Below, in pieces: positions 56,408 to 64,000 of a stretch of DNA of 64,000 nucleotides. The DNA lies in IMG/VR virus record IMGVR_UViG_3300006217_000002; one strand, given 5' to 3'. The notes beneath the pieces are model-generated. The model did no database searches. It was not told where the DNA came from and saw nothing but the letters and a program-made list of their open reading frames with translations. The translations under genes were made by a program, and so were the position numbers. Positions within the stretch are counted from its first letter, which is position 1. Each line of letters opens with the position of its first letter. The stretch is from a virus (Duplodnaviria; Heunggongvirae; Uroviricota; Caudoviricetes).

Positions 56408-57490
56408 ATGGACAAGTATGTACCTGGAATAGCTGTGACAGCTGGATCGTGGATGCTTAAATGGGATATGATGAATCATCACATTCATAATCATCCATTA
56501 AACATAATCCCTGGTGATAATATTAATGTATTCATAAATTTTGAATGTATAATGAAAAATTTATCAATGCAGAAAGGGATTAATGGAAATCTTGTATATC
56601 ATAAACAGGATATAGTTATTGAGCTTGAATCCGCCATATTAAATCTGATGGCTAACTATAGAGCTTATTTTAAGAAAGAGAAATGTAATGTAAAGTTATA
56701 TTTCTATTATACTGATATTATTTATGATAATCAGGAAATGATGGTATATAACAAATACTATCGCACATATTATCAGAACAAATACATTCAGAACCCTCAG
56801 TTCAGATCGATGGGAGAAGTTTTAACAAAAATAATTATTCCTGAATTAGAGCTGATTTTGTCATATGTCTCTGGATGTTATTTCATTAAAGCAAAAGGAT
56901 TCGATGGAAGTGTAATACCGCAGATCATATCAACATTTTCTGATTCTAAAAATGTAATTATAAGCGGGGATATATTTGATACTCTATATATGTTTAATCC
57001 TAACTTTGCTACAATCTATATCAAAAGAAGATATCAAAATTTCATGGTAGCTAGCGAGATTGATGCAGTTATTCAATCGATAGTTAAAAACGAATCTCCA
57101 TTTGATCTTAATATATTTAATTCAGAAATGTATTTTCGTTTGCTTCTATCCATTAAAGGAAGTAAGATAAGAAACATCAGGTCTGCTAAGGGGTTCGGAT
57201 ACGGGAAGTTTATGACAATACTCAAAGAAGGAATTAAACAAGATATCGTACTTAGAGATTTTGAATCAATTGATTCAATAATAGGATTATTTCCAGAGAA
57301 GTATAGAAATGATATAAAAGAAGCATTTCAATGTACGAGTATAGATACTCAGTATGAACTCCTAAATGATGCTGATATTGATAGTGTAAAACGTCAGATT
57401 GTTGATAAAATTGATATTGAATCTGTAGAAGCTTTGAATAATAAGAGATTCTTCAATTTTCCAATAAATCTTCAATCCTTAATATATTAA
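56408..57490 (+). CDS. 5'-3' exonuclease/flap endonuclease (T4 RNase H-like) homologue, partly degenerate
   Basis: INFE, FDGS, IISGDIFD, H3TH-like GSKIRNI...KGFGYGK. Confidence 0.55.
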   Translation: MDKYVPGIAVTAGSWMLKWDMMNHHIHNHPLNIIPGDNINVFINFECIMKNLSMQKGINGNLVYHKQDIVIELESAILNLMANYRAYFKKEKCNVKLYFYYTDIIYDNQEMMVYNKYYRTYYQNKYIQNPQFRSMGEVLTKIIIPELELILSYVSGCYFIKAKGFDGSVIPQIISTFSDSKNVIISGDIFDTLYMFNPNFATIYIKRRYQNFMVASEIDAVIQSIVKNESPFDLNIFNSEMYFRLLLSIKGSKIRNIRSAKGFGYGKFMTILKEGIKQDIVLRDFESIDSIIGLFPEKYRNDIKEAFQCTSIDTQYELLNDADIDSVKRQIVDKIDIESVEALNNKRFFNFPINLQSLIY

Positions 57491-57511
57491 CGTATTTAAT
57501 ACTTCTTTCAG

Positions 57512-57521
57512 TATATATTAT
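57512..57521 (+). promoter_or_regulatory. TATATATTAT motif
   Basis: Exact copy about 50 nt upstream of 57572. Confidence 0.6.
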
Positions 57522-57571
57522 AATGATAGAAGCAATAAACAAAAACACATATATTTTAGGAGGTAAATAAT

Positions 57572-58159
57572 ATGGTTAGAGTTAATGAATTTGAATTACA
57601 CGGAGTAATTAGTACAGAAAGTAAACTTTCTGAATCAGAATTCTTTGAGAAGTTCTTTAAAATGTTGGAAGATAACGAGATGAGTTTCGGTGGCTCGTTT
57701 TACATGATGGATGATAACGGTAACTATACATCCGATCTGACATTCTGCGATTTGTTCTTCTATATTCAGTCGGCTGAACGAGATAGTGTTGGAATGCATC
57801 GCCCGGAAGGGATGTCTCCGTATGCTCTTCATATTTACAGCGATAAGCATCAGGTAAATATGTGTAAAGGAGATGATCCAATTGCCGATTTTGTGTTCAG
57901 TGATAATATAGATGAGGTTCTTAAAGTTAAACTCGTAAGAGTTGATGAGAACATGTACGCAGATTACGACAATCATGTAGAGATCGAAGCCAACGAATGT
58001 ATTGATCAGGATGACGAATGGTACGTTGAAAAATTTGGAAGTAAGGGAACCATCATCAGAGAGACGCTGAAAGGAATCTTAAGTCCTGTACATGCGAAAC
58101 AGCTTCAGCAAACTCAAACAAATCTCGATGAAGCTAACGAGATACTAGGAAGAAGATAG
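57572..58159 (+). CDS. Hypothetical acidic protein; N-terminus weakly YggL/DUF469-like
   Basis: FELHG...EFFEKFFKMLEDNEMSFGG. Confidence 0.5.
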   Translation: MVRVNEFELHGVISTESKLSESEFFEKFFKMLEDNEMSFGGSFYMMDDNGNYTSDLTFCDLFFYIQSAERDSVGMHRPEGMSPYALHIYSDKHQVNMCKGDDPIADFVFSDNIDEVLKVKLVRVDENMYADYDNHVEIEANECIDQDDEWYVEKFGSKGTIIRETLKGILSPVHAKQLQQTQTNLDEANEILGRR

Positions 58160-58179
58160 TAAGGTAGATAGAGAAGAGT

Positions 58180-58205
58180 AAAGGGAACCATTATAGGTTC
58201 CCTTT
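58180..58205 (+). terminator. Intrinsic terminator
   Basis: AAAGGGAACC-ATTATA-GGTTCCCTTT plus T tract. Confidence 0.75.
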
Positions 58206-58305
58206 CTTTTTTGCTTATTTTTTAATATTATATTACTCCTAGTTAAATTAAGCATATTACACTTATAACTTATTTAACTATTATAAAGGAGAGGATGATT
58301 ATATT

Positions 58306-60075
58306 ATGCCTAAAGAATTAGATCTTGGAAGAGTAGTTGGTAAAGATGCTACTATAAATGGACAGAATGCTATTAATCTAATAGCAGGTAAAGATATTAA
58401 TATTGTACAAGATGGTGAAAATGTCACTATTGGGGTTAGTGATGATTTAAATGCAGTACCAAAAGAAAGAACCATTAACAACAAATCTTTGAGTGAAGAC
58501 ATTCTAATTACTGCTTCTGACGTAAATGCTGTTCCATTAGATCGAACTGTAAATGGGAAGACATTGGATAAAAATATTTCATTGAATTCAAGTGATGTTG
58601 GAGCAGTACCTGTAGAGAGAACTATTAATGGAAAATCTCTATCTGCTAATGTAACATTAACTCATACAGATGTAGGTGCAGCACCTACATCGCATGGAAC
58701 TCACGTAACATATGCTACTACTTCTCCTAAAATGGATGGTACTGCATCAGTAGGTACTGATAGTAAATTAGCAAGAGCTGATCATGTACATCCATCAGAT
58801 ACTACTAAACAAGATAAACTTACAGGCACTCCAGATCAGTATGTAACATTTGACGAGAACGGTAATGCAGTAGCTAAACAGAAAGATTATTCACTGTTTG
58901 GATTCCAGATAGATCCAGATGAATCAGATCCATCTAAGAAGATCAAATACATTGCACAAAATGCATCATATGATCCAGCATTTATGGATTATGAAAAAGA
59001 CGAGTTTAATTATGGTGATTGGGCTAATGCATGGTTTATTAAGAATATTAAAGTAGTATCATTAAAAAATGATGGTGCAATAACATATGAACTGAATCCG
59101 AACCGTTATAATTATGAATACCGTACTGGCAATATTATTCCTATTACGAATTTTAATAATGTAATGGTAGGTATTCCGACAGTATGGATTAAATATCAAA
59201 TAATAAATGGAAAAGATACATTCTATTTTTCTGATATACAATTAGACAATAATTTCCATGCATATGCACATACAGCAGCAGATGGTAGTATTATACCATA
59301 TACGTACTTATCAGCATATAATGGATATAAAGATGATAATGATAAATTAAGATCATTATCTGGAAAAACTCCTACTGGATCAATGACTGGAACTGATCAG
59401 ATCACTGCAGCTGAACTAAACAATCCTACAGGTAAACATATGTGGAATATTGGCACATTTGTAGATAGAAACTTAATTAATCTATTATTACTATTAATTG
59501 GTAAATCAACAGATACCCAGACAGTATTTGGTAATGGTAATATGAACGGAACGAAAAATCCAGCTGAAGGCAGTGGCACTAATGGTGTATTACCAACAGG
59601 CACTATGAACGATAAAGGGCTATTCTGGGGATCAAATGCTGATAACTTAGGAGTTAAAGTGTTTGGTATCGAACATTGGTGGGGCAACTTAAATAGACGA
59701 GCAGTTGGATTAATATTAGATGAAGGAAGTTATAAATTTAAACTGACATATGGAACCGAAGATGGCAGTACATGTGAAGGATATAACACCACTGGAGATG
59801 GATACATTGATACCAAAATATTAGCTCCATCAGCAGGTTTTATTAAATCAATGACATTTAATCGTGGAATATTATTACCATCAGTAGTAGGTGCTAGTGC
59901 TACAACATATTATTGTGATTATACAGGAATAACTAAAACTGATAAGCGATTTCCTATTTTCGGTGATGATTCATATAGTGGTTCACACGGTGGTGCTTTT
60001 TCTTGTGGCTTAGCATTTTTAATTTCACATTCAATATGGGATATAGGTGCATGTTTATCTTGTAAACCATATTAG
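58306..60075 (+). CDS. Tail fibre / receptor-binding protein with C-terminal CLec-fold (Mtd-like) tip
   Basis: Three VPxxRT(I/V)NxKxL...DVxA repeats, ARADHVHP, GIEHWWGN, terminal FG...GAF...IGACLSCKP. Confidence 0.8.
   Translation: MPKELDLGRVVGKDATINGQNAINLIAGKDINIVQDGENVTIGVSDDLNAVPKERTINNKSLSEDILITASDVNAVPLDRTVNGKTLDKNISLNSSDVGAVPVERTINGKSLSANVTLTHTDVGAAPTSHGTHVTYATTSPKMDGTASVGTDSKLARADHVHPSDTTKQDKLTGTPDQYVTFDENGNAVAKQKDYSLFGFQIDPDESDPSKKIKYIAQNASYDPAFMDYEKDEFNYGDWANAWFIKNIKVVSLKNDGAITYELNPNRYNYEYRTGNIIPITNFNNVMVGIPTVWIKYQIINGKDTFYFSDIQLDNNFHAYAHTAADGSIIPYTYLSAYNGYKDDNDKLRSLSGKTPTGSMTGTDQITAAELNNPTGKHMWNIGTFVDRNLINLLLLLIGKSTDTQTVFGNGNMNGTKNPAEGSGTNGVLPTGTMNDKGLFWGSNADNLGVKVFGIEHWWGNLNRRAVGLILDEGSYKFKLTYGTEDGSTCEGYNTTGDGYIDTKILAPSAGFIKSMTFNRGILLPSVVGASATTYYCDYTGITKTDKRFPIFGDDSYSGSHGGAFSCGLAFLISHSIWDIGACLSCKPY
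58456..58680 (+). repeat. Three tandem 25-aa tail-fibre repeats
   Basis: VPKERTINNKSL..., VPLDRTVNGKTL..., VPVERTINGKSL... Confidence 0.85.
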
Positions 60076-60174
60076 ACCGTATATTCTTTAGATATACCTA
60101 TATATTCTTAATATGTAACAATGACAAAGGATATTCAATAAAATCATTTAAAACATATTAAGGAGGACTTCACT

Positions 60175-60966
60175 ATGAAGAAAACAATCACTATTCCTGT
60201 AGGCAAGATCATGAGCGTATTGGCAATGAGCGAAGGAGTCTGTGCATCAGCATTGGTAGACAAGGCTCTCAAGATGGTTCCGATGAATCCTGTTGTCAAA
60301 GCTATCGGTCGCGGAGCTGTGTCTACCGTAGTTGCTATGCCGTTCTCAATATCTTCTGCATTCTTGTGGATGACAGATATATATGATGTCAAGATCGGCG
60401 GCGAAAAAGATTCTTCCGGCAAACGTATCGAAGACAAAGATATTGAAGATCTGATCAAGACGCTGGAAGAGAAAGATGAAGCGTACATTGCTATCTTCTA
60501 CAAAGACGAAGAGATGTTATGTGTTGAACGCATTTCTATCGCTGTAAGACGCGGTCTTATCAGTGCTGCTCATGGATGCGAGCTGGCAACAAAGGTATTC
60601 AACGCTGCCGGAATCACAGCAGATCAGAGTGAACTGGATGACATCAAGGAAGGAAATTATAAAGCGTTCAAGAAGAAAGAGAACTGGGATCCGTTTGATC
60701 ACATCGATGATATGACAGATGAAGAACTCGCCAGTCTTGAAATCAGCGAAAAGATCCGTTTGATCGAGAAGATCGGCAAGGCTTACAAGAAAGGCAAAAT
60801 GGACGCAGATGACACAGGTGCAAAAATTACAAGAGTGATGGCAGCTATTCAGGCTGCAGTTATCAAAGATGAAGCTGAGAAATCGTTTGATCTTCCTGGT
60901 ACAGAGAAGAAGGATGAGTCAATGGATATTCCCAGTGAGTCGGCAATGACAGGAGGCATAGTATAA
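60175..60966 (+). CDS. Hypothetical protein
   Basis: 263 aa; AAGGAGG RBS; TATATATTCT at 60099-60108. Confidence 0.8.
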   Translation: MKKTITIPVGKIMSVLAMSEGVCASALVDKALKMVPMNPVVKAIGRGAVSTVVAMPFSISSAFLWMTDIYDVKIGGEKDSSGKRIEDKDIEDLIKTLEEKDEAYIAIFYKDEEMLCVERISIAVRRGLISAAHGCELATKVFNAAGITADQSELDDIKEGNYKAFKKKENWDPFDHIDDMTDEELASLEISEKIRLIEKIGKAYKKGKMDADDTGAKITRVMAAIQAAVIKDEAEKSFDLPGTEKKDESMDIPSESAMTGGIV

Positions 60967-61133
60967 TGGATATCAGCATATATGAAAGAGAGATGGATCA
61001 GCTTGCAAGAAGCGAAGAGGATCCTGTGGAACTGCATAGGAAAGCTGACGAAATTCTCGTTGATGTTTTGCGCGGTGAAGGTCACGATGAGTTATGTGAC
61101 CTGTATGATATGGTCAGCAAGAATTACTATTAA
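60966..61133 (+). CDS. 55-aa hypothetical protein (MDISIYEREMDQLARSEEDPVELHRKADEIL...)
   Basis: Hand-translated; TAATG coupling, GGAGG RBS, ends just before the terminator. Confidence 0.7.
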   Translation: MDISIYEREMDQLARSEEDPVELHRKADEILVDVLRGEGHDELCDLYDMVSKNYY

Positions 61134-61135
61134 GA

Positions 61136-61170
61136 ATAAAGGGGAGCGTTGCTGCTCCCCTTTATTTTTT
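61136..61170 (+). terminator. Intrinsic terminator of the GGGGAGC family
   Basis: ATAAAGGGGAGC-GTTGCT-GCTCCCCTTTATTTTTT. Confidence 0.8.
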
Positions 61171-61274
61171 TATTCAGTTTATAGAGATTCGTCCACACTT
61201 TAATTAATAGACGCAACTGGATAATGAATTTTTTATAGTTGTTATATCTTAAGAATTAAAGGTGGTGAGATCAA

Positions 61275-64000
61275 ATGAGCGCTTCTATTAGTCTTAAGCA
61301 AAAATCTGTGGCAGGAGATTTTTTTAAAAGAACAGTCGGTCTTATCGGTGGAGCTGCAGGAGAATACTTTGAAAAAGCAATGCCTGTAACATCATCTATA
61401 GCTAGCGATACAAAGGCTGCTACTGCTTCTTTAGCTTCTACACTTCATAACTCGAGTCAATCAGTTATGCCAAAAGTGCGACAGATTAAAGCTCAGGCAA
61501 ATATTCGTAATATCATGCGTTGGTATATGACTAACGAAAATGATCTCGGTGGTTCTGACAATTTTGACGCCGGATTAGATTTCGATATTGATACTGATGA
61601 CAACAGTGCAGAGATAGCTGAATTTCAGATCAGTGAGTCAACCAAAAATGCTAAAGAAATATCATTGTCAGTAGTAGAGAGCTCCCACCGGATGGTCGAG
61701 GCTCAAATTTCTAATACTGCTAATATTTTGTCATCTATCGATAAACAGACAGCTGTCATTACATCTGGATTTGATAGAGTCAATGATACTCTTGGGAAGA
61801 TCTTAGAAGTAGTAACAAAAAATACTGCTACTATTATTGAGACTACCGTTGCAGCAGCTCATAAGGAAGATCATAATGCAAATATTCTCAATGGTAAATT
61901 CAATCTTAATGATTATAAGAAGATTGTATCAGGGAATATAAAAAATGATCCATCTCTTGGAATGATGGCAGCATTTTTACCAATGCTAACAAGTCCTGGA
62001 ACATTTAAATCAATGATGACTCCTGAAGTTATAGCAAGTACGCTATTCAGCGGGTTGATGAATAAAAAGTCTCCTAATCTGAAAAAGAATTTACAAGCAC
62101 TTGATGATGCAGTCAATGAAACTATTGTAGATTCTCTAATAAGATTAGGATCAAATAGGAGTTATGGTACCAAAGGATCTTTAGCAAGGATATTTGGAAT
62201 TGATCCTAACAGAAAAAGTACTGATACAAATAGATCTTCTTTAGAGTTAAAAACAGTACCGTTTGATTCAATTGCTCATGAATCTATTACAAATGCAATA
62301 CCAGGTTATTTACAAAGGATTTTAGTACAACTTGGAGGAGAAAATCTAGTATATGATTATAGGAGTAGATCATTCAAATCTAAAGGAAACATTAAGAAAG
62401 AATTTGTAAATGCTGGTACTATGACTGGCTCATTAGGTAGAGCTAATTCTAAAGTCCAAAATGCTATAGGTAAAGATGGATTTGGAAATATGGTCTACGA
62501 TATGATGTTAAGTGATATAGGATCTAAAAGAATGAATGATAGCGGTCGTAGATTGTTAGATTCATTTGTAGATCCTAAGAAATTCGAAGAATATATTCGA
62601 GGAACTGTATTGAAGGGAATGAATCTTACTGAGAATGAGTTGAAACGAATTGCTCAGATGGGAAGAAATTTCAGTCAATCAGCTTCTCGACAAGAAAATC
62701 TTGGAAGGGATATCAGTAACCAAGCAGCAAGAAATAACGCTAATCGAAATAATCGAATGAGATCATATGTTGATACAGCCAATGCATATAATGTCGATTT
62801 ATCAGAGATTAGAGATACTCTTCAGGATGAAATGCAAAATATTGCAGCATCATATGGAAAAAAGATTCAATCTCAAGATGCTACAATTAAGGGATCGTAT
62901 AATAAACCATTAGAAGGAATCAATTATACTAATGCAGCATTATACGAAATTTTCAGAAGACTTGATAAAGGTATAAATGTTTATCAAGTTGGAAGTAGTA
63001 AAGAACGAGATAAACCGTTTGGATCGATGTCCAGACATCTTCAGAAACCAAAGGCTTATAGACCAAAAGTACTTACTGATCCAGATGTTACTGTAGGTCC
63101 TGGATTTACTAGTGCACTAAGTGATTCATCTATATCTGATGATCCTAATCTACTTAGAAACCAAGAGCTTGAAGACGGTTCAATGGAAGATCTTAGTAGA
63201 GGAGAAAGATTTAAAAGGTGGGGTAAAAAGAGAGGTGGAAATTTAGCTCACGCAGTATTCTCAGGAAGTCCAGAACAAGTTAAAGAAGCATTTGGATTAA
63301 TCATACGAGATGTTACACAAGTTGCTGGTGATCAAGTTAAGAAAGGTGCAGCATCAATCAATCAGCAATTTGGTAATGTATCTGGATATTTGAAACATAA
63401 ACTTTTTGGTACTGAATATACATTTCAAGATGGAGTAGATGAAGACGGTAAGCCTATCATTAAGAAAGTTGCTCAGAATGAAAAAGGTGGTATATTTGGT
63501 TTTGTCGGCGATTACTTCAAGGATATGTTTAAAGGTACTAAAGAGAAAGGTGAAAAGTGGTTTAAAACTGTTGCTGGTTATTTTGACTATGGAGACAATG
63601 GAAAAAAAGAAGAAGGCGGAGTAGCTAAGAAACGTAATAAACTTATATCTGCATCTGTAGGAGCATTTGCAGGTGCTGGACTTCTCGGTGGTCCTATTGG
63701 AGTAATTCTTGGAGCTGTAGCTGGAAATGCTTTATCTGGATTAGATATCGGAGATAAAATCAAAGATATGTTATTTGGAAGAGATGAAAAAGGTAAGGCT
63801 AAAGGATTATTCAGTAGACTAACTGATGGAATTGTTGATCCTATAAAATATCAAGTAGGAAAAACTGCTCATCATATTGGTGGAATATTAAAGAAAAATG
63901 TGTTGGGTCCATTAGCTGATATAGGTGGGGCAATAAGAGATAGAATCACTTCTTCTGCAGAAACCCATTTCGGCAAAGTATTCAAGACCATAGGAAATAT
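61275..64000 (+). CDS. Partial giant tail protein, probable tape measure (over 900 aa, runs off the window)
   Basis: ATG 61275 with GGTGGTG RBS; same frame open at start, middle and end where spot-checked; SITNAIPGYLQRIL motif and Gly/Ala hydrophobic stretch GAFAGAGLLGGPIG. Confidence 0.7.
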   Translation, partial: MSASISLKQKSVAGDFFKRTVGLIGGAAGEYFEKAMPVTSSIASDTKAATASLASTLHNSSQSVMPKVRQIKAQANIRNIMRWYMTNENDLGGSDNFDAGLDFDIDTDDNSAEIAEFQISESTKNAKEISLSVVESSHRMVEAQISNTANILSSIDKQTAVITSGFDRVNDTLGKILEVVTKNTATIIETTVAAAHKEDHNANILNGKFNLNDYKKIVSGNIKNDPSLGMMAAFLPMLTSPGTFKSMMTPEVIASTLFSGLMNKKSPNLKKNLQALDDAVNETIVDSLIRLGSNRSYGTKGSLARIFGIDPNRKSTDTNRSSLELKTVPFDSIAHESITNAIPGYLQRILVQLGGENLVYDYRSRSFKSKGNIKKEFVNAGTMTGSLGRANSKVQNAIGKDGFGNMVYDMMLSDIGSKRMNDSGRRLLDSFVDPKKFEEYIRGTVLKGMNLTENELKRIAQMGRNFSQSASRQENLGRDISNQAARNNANRNNRMRSYVDTANAYNVDLSEIRDTLQDEMQNIAASYGKKIQSQDATIKGSYNKPLEGINYTNAALYEIFRRLDKGINVYQVGSSKERDKPFGSMSRHLQKPKAYRPKVLTDPDVTVGPGFTSALSDSSISDDPNLLRNQELEDGSMEDLSRGERFKRWGKKRGGNLAHAVFSGSPEQVKEAFGLIIRDVTQVAGDQVKKGAASINQQFGNVSGYLKHKLFGTEYTFQDGVDEDGKPIIKKVAQNEKGGIFGFVGDYFKDMFKGTKEKGEKWFKTVAGYFDYGDNGKKEEGGVAKKRNKLISASVGAFAGAGLLGGPIGVILGAVAGNALSGLDIGDKIKDMLFGRDEKGKAKGLFSRLTDGIVDPIKYQVGKTAHHIGGILKKNVLGPLADIGGAIRDRITSSAETHFGKVFKTIGN

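Noticed and set aside
8934-59687. Numerous other 60-135-aa ORFs nested in or antisense to long genes
   Set aside because: Fully overlapped by longer RBS-supported genes; typical shadows in AT-rich DNA
60982-61203. 73-aa ORF from the track
   Set aside because: Crosses the terminator; the coupled 60966..61133 frame has the RBS and better codon usage
1-64000. Alternative genetic code or stop-codon recoding
   Set aside because: TAA, TAG and TGA all end well-formed genes; ORFs are long under code 11; only one isolated internal stop
1-64000. tRNA, rRNA, CRISPR array, group I/II intron, reverse transcriptase
   Set aside because: No cloverleaf/T-loop, spaced repeats, interrupted core gene or YxDD RT motif seen by eye; tRNAscan-SE and Infernal runs would be needed to exclude them fully

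Overview
AT-rich (roughly 30% GC by eye), densely coding segment of a jumbo myovirus-type phage genome, resembling AR9/phiKZ-like phages in gene content. The host is probably a Bacillota (Firmicutes) bacterium, inferred from strong AGGAGG ribosome-binding sites and Firmicutes-like csp, ung and YqeK-like genes. Standard genetic code. The window holds a phage multisubunit RNA polymerase beta-prime subunit, RecA/UvsX, a tubulin/PhuZ-like GTPase, primase-like and SF2 helicase genes, UDG, and large virion genes (1024 aa, 2898 aa, two tail-fibre-type genes, and a partial tape-measure-like gene). About 20 GC-core hairpins, mostly between convergent genes, look like bidirectional terminators, and a TATATATTAT motif recurs upstream of non-structural genes. 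The standout is at 0-9.3 kb: a SPASM radical-SAM maturase of the CXXX-repeat type sits beside a 975-aa protein with about 85 cysteines in CX3/CX2 repeats between two ordinary domains, with a candidate accessory protein, a divergent QueC-like enzyme and a 4-Cys miniprotein nearby. This suggests RiPP-style cross-linking chemistry applied to a full-size, possibly virion, protein. Other oddities: an extein-less degenerate intein ORF, a catalytically dead SF1 helicase, tandem TM-sensor-TM proteins without an output domain, a DGR-target-like tail fibre tip with no template repeat or RT in the window, and a nested inverted-repeat element at 52.4 kb. All family assignments come from motif recognition by eye; no database searches were run.
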